This document shows positions 8,921 through 23,555 of a DNA stretch of 32,000 nucleotides, one piece after another. This DNA comes from Mycoplasma mobile 163K (GTDB taxonomy: Bacteria > Bacillota_I > Bacilli_A > Mycoplasmatales > Metamycoplasmataceae). The stretch is from positions 480,001-512,000 of the forward strand of contig NC_006908.1 of assembly GCF_000008365.1 (NCBI RefSeq), in the 5' to 3' direction. Below the pieces are notes generated by a model, which saw only the letters and a program-made list of their open reading frames with translations, had not been told where the DNA came from and made no database searches. Both the position numbers and the translations under genes were made by a program. Numbering within the stretch: the stretch's first letter is position 1; each line of letters begins with the position of its first letter.

Positions 8921-10393
8921 CTATTCATTATTTGATTTTTTAATATTTTCTTTAAAGACATTGTAGAATTGATCAGCTGTACTAAATGTCGCAGCAGAAA
9001 GTCCATTTTTATCTCAAGAATCTCAATATCTTCCAAATTTAGAAATAGTTGGTAAAGGAACATTATTTTTACTTTGATTTATTACTGATGATGTGACACT
9101 TGTATAAAGTGCTGAAAGAGCTTCAGCAAAACCTGCTGTAGATGTTCATTGATCTAAATTAAGTTTAGACCCATCTATTTTAGTTGGATCAGTTAATTGA
9201 ATAGAATTAATTATATCGGATGATAAGTTAACATTAGCTCCTTCAGTTGCGGAAATTTTACCTGCATTTAAGAATCAATCATTTGCTAAATCTTTAGAAG
9301 TAATTGCAGCTAAAATTCTTTTTTCTAAATCCAATTTTTTTTGTATTGCAGTAGCATTATTTGCTCCTAATTTAGTTAAACCAGCTCTATTGACACTATA
9401 ACCTCATCCACTTAAAAAATGAAATGCATCTTTAGTAGCTACTTTTGGTAAAATTGCAGTTTTTATATTTTGCAACATTGTTACTGCAGCTGCTTTATTA
9501 TTTTCATTAGCAAGTAAAATTCTTGCTACTAAATCATTTACAATTCAAGGTCCATCAACTGTAGAAGATATAGTGCCTGAAGCTAAACCTTGTCTAATAA
9601 TTGTGTCTCTGCTTGAACCTTGGGCATTATTTGCAAAATTTTGGTAACTAGTATTTGTTGATTTTCTTAAATTATTATTATATTCTCATAATTTAGTAAC
9701 AGTTGATTTAATTTGTGTAGCAATATTAGTTTGATCTAAAAAAGGTGCTGTTACAGTCGTTCCTTCTTGTTTAATAAATGCTGATGAACCATCAACATAC
9801 TCTGCAGGACTTAATGTTGCTCCTGCGTCTTTAAATGTAGATAGTAAAACAGATGATGCATGTCACATATTTGAATATTGTGTTAAAAAGTTTTTTTGAT
9901 CAGTTATATTAGTTGCAATTGCATCTTCATAATTTAATCAACCTGTTTCATTTCCGATTAAATTTTTATTAAAAATCTGAATTACTGATTCTACATTTAG
10001 TGTATAGGAATAATTTTTTCCATTAACTACACTAAAATTTGTTGTAAATGTAGGAATAGCTCCTAAATCTTGTACTACATTTCCTTCAATCAATTGTGAA
10101 TATCTATCTGCAGGCACTACAAAAAGATCTGCTGCTTCTGTTGGTTTATTTGTAATAGTATCTAAATATTGAATTGAACTACCATCAGCAATTTCAACAA
10201 AATCTATAAATGATTGGTCTTCAGCACTTAAAGTCTTAAGTGCTTTTTCGATAATTGGTTTTCATGATTTTTCAAAAGAAAGTTTTACTCTTTCATTTTG
10301 TTCAGATGTTGTTCCACAAGCTACTACAGCTAAAGGTGCTAGCAATGAAACCATTCCTACTGTTCCAAAAATAATTTTGTTTCTTTTTTTCAT
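8921..10393 (-). CDS. Sugar/maltodextrin ABC transporter substrate-binding lipoprotein, paralog B (490 aa)
   Basis: ATG 10391-10393 with AAGGAG at 10405-10410. MKKRNKIIFGTVGMVSLLAPLAVVAC lipobox. I translated the whole gene and it is open except for TGA=Trp. Double TAG at 8921-8923 and 8918-8920. Colinear with paralog A. Confidence 0.88.
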
Positions 10394-10436
10394 TTTATAA
10401 TTTTCTCCTTATAAGATATTAATTCTCATATATATA

Positions 10437-10442
10437 ATTATA
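10437..10442 (-). promoter_or_regulatory. Candidate -10 box (TATAAT) for lipoprotein gene B
   Basis: The minus strand reads AAGAAGTATAATTATATATATG, at the position equivalent to the unit A hexamer. Preceded by a small palindrome, CTTACAATGTAAG. Confidence 0.4.
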
Positions 10443-10547
10443 CTTCTTACATTGTAAGAAACTTCAAAAATAATTGCAAAATGAACTATTTTTTTGCATA
10501 AAATAAAGTTTTAGCGCGAAATAGTTATTAAATATTTAAAATTAGTC

Positions 10548-10571
10548 AAAAAAAATGCAAATATTGCATTT
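10548..10571 (-). terminator. Weak hairpin plus T-run immediately after (and overlapping) the GH65 stop codon; alternatively a palindromic operator
   Basis: The minus strand reads TAAATGCAA-TAT-TTGCATTT followed by TTTTTGAC: an 8-bp AT-rich stem with only 2 GC pairs and a 3-nt loop. The core TGCAAATATTGCA resembles LacI-family half-sites (TGCAA). Confidence 0.35.
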
Positions 10572-12969
10572 ATTTTATTATTTTAAAAGTTTGATTTTCT
10601 AATTTATTATATTTTTCTGAAAGCATAACTTTTTTATTATTAACAAAAACTTCAATATCTTTACCTTTAATTGTGATCTCAAATTTTTCTTCGAATAGTT
10701 TTAATGTAATTAAAGTTTTATTTATTCGAACTGTGTATTCTAAACTTTTTCAATTCTCATTTAGTATTGGATTAAAATGAGCAATATCATTATAGTAATG
10801 AAATCCACCATATCCAAAAACAAATAATTGTCAAATAGCTGCTAGTGAACCTGCATGATAACCTGCATCTGAAGAGTGAAAATTAGTACCTAAATCAATT
10901 TGAAGAGCATATTCAAATAATTTATTAGCTATTTCAAGTTCTCTTAATTCAATACCTTGAAGTGCATAAGTAACTGCACTTAAAGAAGAATCATGTGTTG
11001 TCTTATCCAAATAGTATTTAAAGTTTTTTCTAATAACATCATCTGTAAAAAGTTCTTTGAAGATGTAAGTTGTTAAAACAACATCAGCTTGTTTTACAAG
11101 TTGTCCACTTAATCTCTTAATACCTTCCATTGTATTAAATAACTTTTTACCAGCATCTCCTAAAAGTTGAAATTCACTTAAATCAAATTCAGGAAGTTTT
11201 AAAAATGTATCATTTTCTGCAATAATACCTTTATTATTTGGTTGTTGAATTTTAATTTTTGAAGCTACTTTTTTGATTAAAGATTTACTTACTTTATAAG
11301 GGATTTTTTTTAAAACATTTTCTAGGATATTTTTACCTTCAATTGTTTTTTCTAATTTATCAAAATATTTTAAAGCCAGTTCTAAATTTCTTTTTGCAAT
11401 TTGATTTGTAAAGGCATTATTATTGATATTCCCCTTGTATTCATTAGGACCCATAACATCATTTATTTCATAATGATAATCTTTTGATTTTAATGATTGA
11501 ATTTTTTCTACTCTTGAAGTTCAAAAAACAGCAGTATCAAAAATTATTTCATATCCGTATTTGTTCATGAATTCTTCATCCTTAGTGACAACATAATATT
11601 GATCTACAGCAAAAGCAACATCACCAGGAACATGAATTTCATATTCTCTAGAAGCAATTGGTACTTGAACTCCGGTTTTAACATCAGGCTGCCCTCAATA
11701 TGGACACACTTCTCCATAATTTGGTCTTGCCATTTCCCAAGGATATTGTGCTCCTTTTAGTTTTTTCTCTTTTGCTTTATTTCTTGCGCCTTCAATTCCA
11801 TGATATCTATAAAGCAAAAGATCTCTTGCTACTTCAGGTTTTATAAATAAGTAAATTGGAAAAACAAAAAATTCTGTATCTCAAAATGTATGACCTTGAT
11901 ATCCTTCGCCGCTTAATCCTTTTGCTCCTACATTTAAAAATGAATTATCTTTAGGTACAAAATTATTTATGTGAAATAGAGCAAATTTAAGAGCTAAATT
12001 ATGAAATTCTCCTTGTTCTGTTTTAGCACTAATTTTTACATTGAAATCATTGTAAATTTTTTCAAATGTTTTAATATTTTCACTAAACAATTCATCATAA
12101 GAACTTTTGGATAAAATTTTATAAGTATTATTAGCTTGTGTAACAACTTCTTCGAATTTCATTTCTTTTTCAAAATCAGCAGTAGTGTTAACGGCCATTA
12201 ATTTTTCCATAATAAAAGGTTTTTTAGTAGAAAGAATTGTATTGATTTTAAAACCTACTTGTCTTCTTGCCATGGTAATAACCATGTCATCACTTACTCC
12301 ATTTTCAAAAAATGATTTTGCTTCTAAAGTTTTAGTATCAAAATCTTTATATGCTTTAACAACCATAGTATGAATAACATTTATTTTTGATCAATTAGTT
12401 TTTTCTATATATTGAATTGTTTTATTATCTAAAAGTTTTTTAATTCCTTCTTCTAAATGTTGATTACCTGAATTAGTTGTTTGACCATTAATAACGGGGC
12501 TAATCACAATTTTAGAATCAGTTCCTTCTAATTGTTTTAGTATAATTTTTTGAGCATAAATATTTTTTTTAATATTACTTACAAATGATTCTGTGCTTAG
12601 CTCAAATTTCTTATTTTCTCTATTAAAAGTTATTATCCTTTTTACTTTTCCATCACTTAAAGATAAATATTTTTGGTATTTATCATTTTCATTGATAACA
12701 AAAATATTTCCATCGATTTTAATTTGCATTTGCATTAAATTTGCAAGATTAGCCATTTCTGGAACAGAAGCATCATCACTTTTGTTAAAAATTCCATTCA
12801 CAAAGAATCCTTCTTTATTAAAAGAAGAAAATTCTAGATCAACTGCTCTAATTCCTAAATAACCATTTCCTTGAGCAAAAATTGATTCAGTTTTTGCAGT
12901 ATCTTGATTACTATAACCTTCCTGAATTATCTTCATATTTTTGTAGTCATATAAAATTTTATTTTTCAT
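10570..12969 (-). CDS. GH65 glycoside phosphorylase (maltose phosphorylase-like), ~799 aa
   Basis: ATG 12967-12969, TAA 10570-10572. ORF-track pieces 12391-12969, 11881-12366 and 10831-11454 share one frame and are joined by TGA; I translated the gaps. GH65 hallmark GLSGEGYQGHTFWDTEFFVFPIY...YRYHGIEGARNKAKEKKLKGAQYPWEMA. It sits directly downstream of pgmB (2-nt gap after the pgmB stop), the usual partner of maltose, trehalose and kojibiose phosphorylases. Confidence 0.9.
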
Positions 12970-12971
12970 TT

Positions 12972-13635
12972 TTATTTTCCTTTTAAATTCATTATTTCTT
13001 TAAAATTAATATCTTTTGTTTCTTGATAAATAAGATCAGCAATTTTTCAATTTTCTTTTACTCCATAAGTAAAGGCAACAACATACATTTTTGCCGAAAC
13101 TAATCCTTGAACACCAGCAATTGCATCTTCAAAACCTACACACTCATTTGGTTTTAGCTCAAAATGATTCATTACATCTAAATAAATATCAGGTGCAGGT
13201 TTTCCATTTTTAATAGTTGCCGGATTAGAAATATAATCAAATAAATCATATATTTCTAATGTCTTTAAAATTATAGGAGCATTATGTGAAGAAGAAGCAA
13301 TACCTAGTTTTAATTTATGTTTTTTTGCTTCTAATAATAACTCTTTTATTTTAGGTAAAATATCTTCTTTAGTTAATTTTGTTTTTAAATATTCTTTATA
13401 CAAGTTGTTTTTTATTTCACATAACTCATTAATTTTTACTTCTGTTAATTTTTTATCTAAATTATGCAATTTTAAAATTTGTAATAAAGTATCTTTTCTA
13501 CTTAATCCTTTTAGTGAATCATTTTCTTCTTTAGAATAATTAATACCTAAGTGTTTTTTTACAATTTTTTTTCAAGCTTCAAAATGCAAAATTGAAGTTT
13601 CTGTAATGACACCGTCTAAATCAAATATAAATGCC

Positions 13636-13643
<8 letters not shown>
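12972..13643 (-). CDS. pgmB: Beta-phosphoglucomutase (HAD superfamily)
   Basis: ATG 13641-13643. N-terminus MIKAFIFDLDGVITETS (DxDG motif). Continues in frame through ORF-track piece 13047-13469 and TGA 13047 to TAA 12972-12974. GKPAPDIY and FEDAIAGVQG motifs. Confidence 0.88.
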
Positions 13644-16434
<2,791 letters not shown>

Positions 16435-16435
<1 letters not shown>

Positions 16436-17580
16436 TATTTTTCCTTCCCATCATATAAAATGATTCCATCTTCTTCATTCAATGATTGATTATTTAATGA
16501 ATTTAAAACCATCTTTTCTTTTACTACTGTATTTTCCATAATAATTGTTTTTTTAATAAAAGAATTTTCACCAATTATTGCATTTGACATTATTACAGAA
16601 TCTTCAATAATTGTATTTTTACCAATTTTAACATTTTCAAAAATTACTGAATTTGAAACATGTCCTTCTATTTTTGCTCCGTTTGCTACTAAAGAATTTA
16701 CCACATTACCACCACTTGTTATATATTGAGGCGAATGAGATGAACTTTTTGTAAAAATAGTTCAATTTTTTTCTCTTAAGTCTAAATTTTTATGATTTTT
16801 TATTAGATCTAAATTAGCCTCATAAAAAGTAGAAATTGTTCCAACATCTTTTCAATAACCATTAAATTCATAGGCAAATATTTTACTATATTTTTTTAAG
16901 ATATAAGGTAATATGTTATGTCCGAAATCTTGAAAATTATTACCTTTACTTTTTAACTCTTCAAAAGTATCTTTTAATAGTTGGTAATTAAAAATATAAA
17001 CACCCATAGAAGCTTTTGTAGATTTAGGAATCTTAGGTTTTTCTTCAAATTCTTCAACCATATTATTTTCGTTTGTATTTAAAATTCCGAATCTTGAAGC
17101 TTCTTCAAAAGATACATTAATGGTTGCTATTGTTACATTAGCATTTTTTTCTTTATGAAAATCTAACATTTTAGAATAATCCATTTTATAAATATGATCT
17201 CCACTCAAAATTAAAGCATAAGTAGGATCATATTCATTCATAAAATCAATATTTTCAAAAATCGCATGAGCTGTTCCTGCATATCAATAACCTTCGGATT
17301 CTTTTACATATGGACTTAGCAAAACAACTCCACCATTTAGTCTATTTAAGTCAAAAGGAATTCCCGAACCTATGTGTTTTAATAATGAAAGAGGTCTATA
17401 TTGAGTTAAAACACCTACTGTGTCAATTCCGCTATTAATGCAATTTGACAATGTAAAATCAATTATTCTATATTTTGCTCCAAAAGGAACTGCTGGTTTA
17501 GCGATTTTTTTTGTAAGATTTTTTAATCTTGTACCTTGACCACCCGCAAGAATCATTGCAATCATTTCCTTTTTTACCAT
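16435..17580 (-). CDS. glgC: Glucose-1-phosphate adenylyltransferase
   Basis: ATG 17578-17580 (GAAGGT Shine-Dalgarno). [47 protein letters not shown]. Pieces 17284-17580, 16852-17241 and 16435-16704 are in one frame and I checked the gaps. The TAA at 16435-16437 overlaps the glgD ATG (TAATG). Confidence 0.93.
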
Positions 17581-19748
17581 TACTTTACCTTCTTTTTGTT
17601 TTTGATGAATATGTAAAATCCATGTGCTTCTATAAGGATTTTATTATTTTTAATTTCATTATTTTCTAAATTTTGACTATTTAAAATACAAGTTCAAAAA
17701 TTACTATCTAAATCTATTTCAATGTCATTCTGGTTGATATTTATATTAACTTGAATACTATAATCAGAATCTTCTAAAAGATAATAAATTAAGGAATTAT
17801 TGCCAACAAAAATTTTTACATGTTCTTTAACAAGTTGAATTGTTTCAAGTCTAAAAAGATTATATTTTTTTCTAATTTCAATAATTTTTTTAATAAGCTC
17901 AACATTTCAATAATTCTCTTTTAATTTATTTCATTCGAATCTATTTATTTCAATTGGGAAATTATAAGAATTCTCTACATTATATTTTGTTCTAAAAATT
18001 TCTTGTCCTGCATGAATAAATGGTATACCTTGAGAAATAAGTGTAATAGCTGTTGTTAAAGCATGAATTTTTTTAATTGTAAAATCAGAAAAACTACTTA
18101 ATTTTATTTTAAAAAAATCAAATAAAGTATAGTTATCATGACATTCTACATAATTAACACTTTGACTTAAAAAATTAAACTTCTTTGCATATTCATATAA
18201 TCCTAAAGATCCAGTAATAGAATTTAAAGCTTTATGTCCTTGTTGTCAATCACCAGCACTAAAAGATTTTGAATAAACATTCCATTGATTTCCTTTAAAA
18301 ACATCTCTAAAATAATCATTGAAAAAACCTATGTTTGCTAAAAATCTAGAATTTTCCATGTTAGCTAAAATCTTCTTAGTTGATTCAGAATTCATAACTC
18401 ATCCTTCACCATAAATAATGAAATTACTATTATTATTTTTTGTATTTTCGTCCACTTCTAAAATCGTTTCAATATCTAAAAGGCCCATTAAATCAAATCT
18501 TAATCCATCAATTTTGAATGTTTCTTGTCAATGTTTAACAACATCTACAATATATTTGCGAACCATTTTCTTTTCACTTGCAACATCATTTCCTGTACCT
18601 GACATATTTGATAAACTTAAATCTGTGTTATATCTATAAAAATAATGAGGTGCAAGAATATGTCAAGAAAATGAAAAAGCATCATAAACGTGATTAAAAA
18701 CAACATCCATAACTACATCAATATCATTTTTATGAAAATTATTTATCATTTTTTTTGTTTCTATTAGTCTTAAATATGGATCATAAGAATTTGTAGAATA
18801 AGAACCTTCTGGAACCATTCATTGCAAAGGATCATATCCTCAATTATATTGATTTTCAACATCTCTTTCTTCATCTACGGTTGCAAAATCATAAAAAGGC
18901 ATAATTTGAACTGTATTGATTCCTAGATTTTTTATATGATCAATTCCTATTGAAAAACCATCTTTATTTTTAATACCTTCTTCAGTTAAACCTAAATACT
19001 TACCAGGATATTTAAATTCATTAGAATCTGTAAAATCTCTAATACTTATTTCGTAAATTATTCTATCTGTTTTATTTGCTAATTTACTTTTATAAACAAA
19101 ATTATATTTTTCTAGAAGATCTAAATTAATTACATAAGAGTATTTTCCATTTGCAGTTGATGCTTTAGCATAAGGATCTATAGTTTCACTTGTTATAAAA
19201 TTATTTTCAACTTCATATTGATATAAATAAGATTCAAGATCTCTTGAAATTGTTATTTGTCAAATTCCTTTTTCTTGTCTTTCCATATCAAAATATTCTG
19301 CTATATCATTAAAACTTTTCTTTATTTTTAATCTTAATTTATATGAAGTCGGAGATCAAACTTTAAATGTGGTACTTTGTTTAGAGTATGTTGGACCTAA
19401 ATCATTTCCAGAATAAAAAAAGATTTCATCAAAAATTTCTTTTTTTATTATTTGACCAAATTTTAAAGCTATTTCATAATTATATTTACCAATAATTTTG
19501 TAATAGTTTTTAAAATCTATAAAATTGCTTTTTATAAAAAGATGTAAATACGAAAAAGTATTTTTATCATCAATATATGCAATTTGAAGATTATTTAACT
19601 TTTCATTTGTATTTATATTCTCAAGAGAAAATGAATCATTATGAGTGTAAAAATTTTTTGGTGCTTTAATAACTATTTCGTTAAAATCATCTAAAAATGC
19701 TTCTAAATCATGTGGATTGTATAAATCAAGTAATGCTGTTTTATTCAT
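17580..19748 (-). CDS. pulA: Type I pullulanase / glycogen debranching enzyme (GH13), 722 aa
   Basis: ATG 19746-19748. I translated the whole gene: ...[16 protein letters not shown]..., [45 protein letters not shown]. The TAA at 17580-17582 overlaps the glgC ATG. Confidence 0.88.
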
Positions 19749-21621
19749 TTTTTGCCTTTCTTTGAACTTTGAAAAAAGGTTTCAAAACAAAGCCACTAAG
19801 TGGAGCTATTTTTACATTTACTTCACTATTTTTAACTTCAATTATTTTTCCTATGCTATTTATTGCTCCAGTACCTGCAAATTTTAAATCATCAGTATTA
19901 ATCATTTCCTTGTAATAAGAAGCAGTTGGAACATTTTTAATAATATAATTTTCAAAATATTCAATTGAAAAATTCAAAACAATAAGACTAAAATCTTCTT
20001 TATTTTTAGAATGTCTAGAGAAAACTCAAATTCCTTGTTCTTCGTTTAAATGAACTCATTTAAAAGTTTCATTGCTAAAATCTAATTCAAATAAAGACTT
20101 ATTATTTACATAAAAAGAAAATAATTCTTTTGAAAAAATATTTACTCTTTTGTTTTCTAAATTAAAAGAATCCTCATTTAATAAATGTCAATCAAGACTT
20201 TTGTTTTCATTTCACTCATCAAATTGCGCAAAATCGTGTCCCATAAAAATTAGTTTTTTACCAGGATGTGTAATTAAGTAAAAAAGCATTAATCTAATTT
20301 GAGAAAACTGCTTATCTCTTAATCCAAAAGATTTATTAAGAAGAGATTTTTTTAAATGCACTACTTCATCATGTGAAAAAGCAAGTAAAAATCTTTCATC
20401 AAAATAATATGCCATGCTAAAAGTTAATTTGTGAAAATTATTTCCTAATCTTTCTCAATATGGTTTTTTTATAAACTCAAATAAATCATTTGAAAAACCT
20501 AAATTTCATTTTAAATCAAAGCCAAGTGAATTATTAAAATTATCACCAGTAACTTTTTTGTAATAACTTGAATCCTCAGCAATCATTAGAATATTAGGGA
20601 AATCTTTTTTTACAATTGAAATAATGTGTTTAATAAAGTTTACTCCACTATTGTTTATCCCTCTTTTTTCAAGACCTCCATAATATATTAAATTTGATAC
20701 AGCATCGAATCTTACTCCGTCAATATGAAATTCTTCAATTCAGTAATATAAAATAGAAGTAAAAAAAGATTTTACTTCATTTTTTGTTAAATTAAAATTT
20801 TGCGTTCCTCATAAATAATTTTCTCTATCAACTTCATTTTCATATGAAAAAAGATTTGTTCCATCAAATTCTCTAAGACCATGATCATCCTTACAAAAAT
20901 GTACTGGAACAAAATCAAAAATTACTGCAATTCCATTTTGATGTAATTCATTAATTAAATATTTTAGTTCCTCAGGAGTCCCATATCTAGATGTAGGTGA
21001 AAAAAAACCTGTTATTTGATAACCTCAAGATCCTAAAAAGGGGTGTTCAAAAAGTGGTAAAAATTCCACATGTGTGTAATTCATTTTTTTTAAGTAAGAT
21101 ACTAGTTCCTTTGAGTAATCTTTATAATTTAAAAAGCCATTATCAGGTGTTTTTTTTCAAGAACCTAAGTGAACTTCATAAATTAATATTGGTGAATTAT
21201 GTGCATTTTTAATTTTTCTACTTTTCAAAAATGCTTCATCACTTCAAATAAAATTATTTAAATCATAAACAATAGAATCAAAATAAGGATATTGATTAGA
21301 ATAAAAAGCAAAAGGATCTGCTTTTGTTAGTAATTTATTATCTATAGTTGTGACTAAATATTTATAAGCTGTTCCTTTTTTTAAGTTTGGAATAAAAACT
21401 TCTCAAAAAGCTTCATTTATTTTTGCTAGTAAAAATTTTTCTCCATTTGCAATTAATACTTCAATTTTTTTAGCATTTGGTGCTCAAGTTCTAAACATAA
21501 CTCCACTTTTTCCATTTTTAGTAGTTAAATGAGAGCCTAAAAATTTATAAAGTGCAGTTTCATATCCTCCATAAAATGGTTCTAAATTGAGTGATAAATT
21601 TTTCGAAGAAATATTTTTCAT
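19741..21621 (-). CDS. glgB: 1,4-alpha-glucan branching enzyme
   Basis: ATG 21619-21621. I translated the whole gene: [95 protein letters not shown] at 19741-19743 (8-nt overlap with pulA). Confidence 0.93.
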
Positions 21622-21624
21622 GAT

Positions 21625-23055
21625 TTATTTGTAAATACTTTCTAAATATTTCTTTGCAATTTCTTCTCATCCAAATCTTTGATCCATTCCAAAATAAATA
21701 AGTTTATTTCACTCCGGTTTGTTATTATAAAATAAATTTTTTGCTAATTTCACAGATTTATATAAAGCTTCTGGAGTATATTCTTTAAATAAAAATCCAT
21801 TTGCATTTTCTTGTTTGTCATTATAAGAAGTAATAGTATCAATTAATCCGCCTGTTGCTCTAGCTATTGGTATACAACCATATTTAAGTGAAATTAATTG
21901 AGTTAATCCACATGGCTCAAATAAAGACGGGATTAAAAAAGCATCAAGTCCTGCATATAATTTATGACTTAATTCATCACTAAATTTATTAATAAACTTA
22001 AAATTTCTTGGATATTTATTTCCAAAAGATTTTAAATTAGATTCATAATTTACATCACCTGTTCCTAAAACAACAAATTGAATATCATTATCTTTTACAA
22101 TATTTCATAAGGAATTTAAAACTAAATCAATTCCTTTTTGATTCGCTAATCTTGAAATCATTCCAATTAAAAAGATTTTTTTATTTTGTTCAAGATTTAA
22201 TTCCTTTTGCAATGCAATTTTATTGATTAATTTTGCCTCTTTATAATTTGACACATCATATTTTGCCTCGATGTATTTATCAATACTTGGATTAAAAATA
22301 TCATAATCTAACCCATTTATAATTCCTCTTAATTTACTGTTATATTTATTTAAAACTGACTCAAGACCCATACCTTGCATTGGTTGTTTTATTTCTTCTT
22401 TATAAGTTTCAGAAACAGTTGTGACAATATCACTAGAAATAATTCCAGCTTTCATAAAATTAAAAATATCATTACTTATGATTTCACTTAAAAGAGAATT
22501 CGATCTTTCTTTTTCATTTAAATATTTTAAAACATTTGAAGCTCCAAAAACTCCTTGATATTGTAAATTGTGAATTGTGAAAACAACTTTTAATTTGGAA
22601 TTTTCATTTTTTTCACCAGACAAAAACAAAGGAAGTATTCCTGTATGTCAATCATTTGCATGAATAATTTCTGGTTTAAAAGCACTTAATTCTAAAAATT
22701 TTGAAATTGCTTTATTAAAAATTAAGTAAAAAGTAGAGTTTTCATGTAAATCAAGATAAGCAGTTCTTTCAATGTTTTTAAAACTTGGGTCATTAAAAAA
22801 TAAATATTCAATATCATCCATAACTAAAGAAAAAATTTCAACAGGAAAAGATTTTCCATTTAAATCCAAAGAAAAAAAGTAAGCGCTACGCATCTTTTCT
22901 TTATATTTTTCACTAATTGAGTCACTATAGATTAAAAAAACTTTTATATCATTTCCTAATTTTTTTAAAGTCTTAGGGAAAGAATAAGCTACATCTCCTA
23001 GTCCTCCAGTTTTTATGAATGGAAAGCATTCAACACTTATATATAAAATTTTCAT
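21625..23055 (-). CDS. glgA: Glycogen synthase (ADP-glucose type, GT5)
   Basis: ATG 23053-23055 with GAAGGT Shine-Dalgarno. MKILYISVECFPFIKTGGLGDVAYSFPK (KTGGL motif), FLIPSLFEPCGLTQLISLKYGCIPIARATGGL. Pieces 22648-23055 and 22105-22629 plus the tail I translated down to TAA 21625-21627. Confidence 0.93.
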
Positions 23056-23547
23056 TTTTAACCTTCAATATAGAATATAAATAGAATTTTTCATAGTAAT
23101 TTAATTCACAAATTGAATATAAACTAATTGAAACTTTTTATTTTTTTTACTTCATTTAAATTATATATATTTTATATATATATTTTTTAAAAATATGTGT
23201 ATAAACTTGATATTTTTTTGTTGAACTTATTCAAAACATTAAAAATTTTTGAAAAAATGATAAAAATATGTTCAAAAATTAAAAATTAATATAAAAACAT
23301 GACTAAATCTTGTTGTATAAAATGAAATTTAAAAAGGGAAGTTAAAATAGTAGACATAATATTTAAAGAAACTAAAATTTTTCAGATAATTTTCAACATA
23401 TCATTTAAGTTTAAAAGTAAGAATAGAATTTTTGTTTAATATTTTAAGTAATAATCAAATATGCAAATGCATTATTTAAATATAAATTTTCTAAATGAAA
23501 ATGTTTAAAAAGTTAGAATGTTAAAATATAAATAGATTTTGCTTTTT

Positions 23548-23555
23548 GCTATAAT
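23548..23555 (+). promoter_or_regulatory. Extended -10 promoter element (TGcTATAAT) for lepA; geometry implies a leaderless mRNA
   Basis: tgctataat at 23548-23556 region, with the TATAAT hexamer at 23550-23555. Only 6 nt (gaaata) lie between the hexamer and the lepA ATG at 23562. No Shine-Dalgarno sequence. Confidence 0.5.

Larger units (their letters stand above)
8913..11410. repeat. Tandem duplication unit B (~2498 bp): lipoprotein gene B, its upstream region, and the 3' 841 bp of the intact GH65 gene
   Basis: Head-to-tail with unit A. Homology ends at 11410 (gcaatttgatttgta|aaggcatt), inside the intact GH65 coding sequence. Confidence 0.9.

Noticed and set aside
10509-10524. GC-rich patch ttttagcgcgaaat in the unit B spacer, considered as a catabolite-responsive element (cre).
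   Set aside because: Only about 8 of 14 positions match the cre consensus (TGWAANCGNTNWCA) and the outer TG/CA anchors are missing. It is kept only as a contrast to the inverted repeat in unit A.
6385-11410. Possibility that the duplication is a mobile element or composite transposon.
   Set aside because: There is no transposase, integrase or recombinase ORF in any frame under code 4, no terminal inverted repeats and no target-site duplication. The edges fall inside or next to ordinary genes, which fits a segmental tandem duplication.
23161-23188. TA-rich repetitive tract, considered as a possible CRISPR-like or satellite repeat.
   Set aside because: It is simple alternating TA/T-run sequence with no repeat-spacer periodicity. 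Nothing elsewhere in the window resembles a CRISPR array or cas genes.
23299-23439. 46-codon plus-strand ORF (MTKSCCIKWNLKREVK…) in the glgA-lepA spacer, open only if TGA=Trp.
   Set aside because: There is no Shine-Dalgarno sequence or promoter-like hexamer in a suitable position, and the composition is low-complexity. By rough estimate (about 0.92 per codon) an ORF this long is not very improbable given six frames over two long spacers. It cannot be supported without expression or conservation data.
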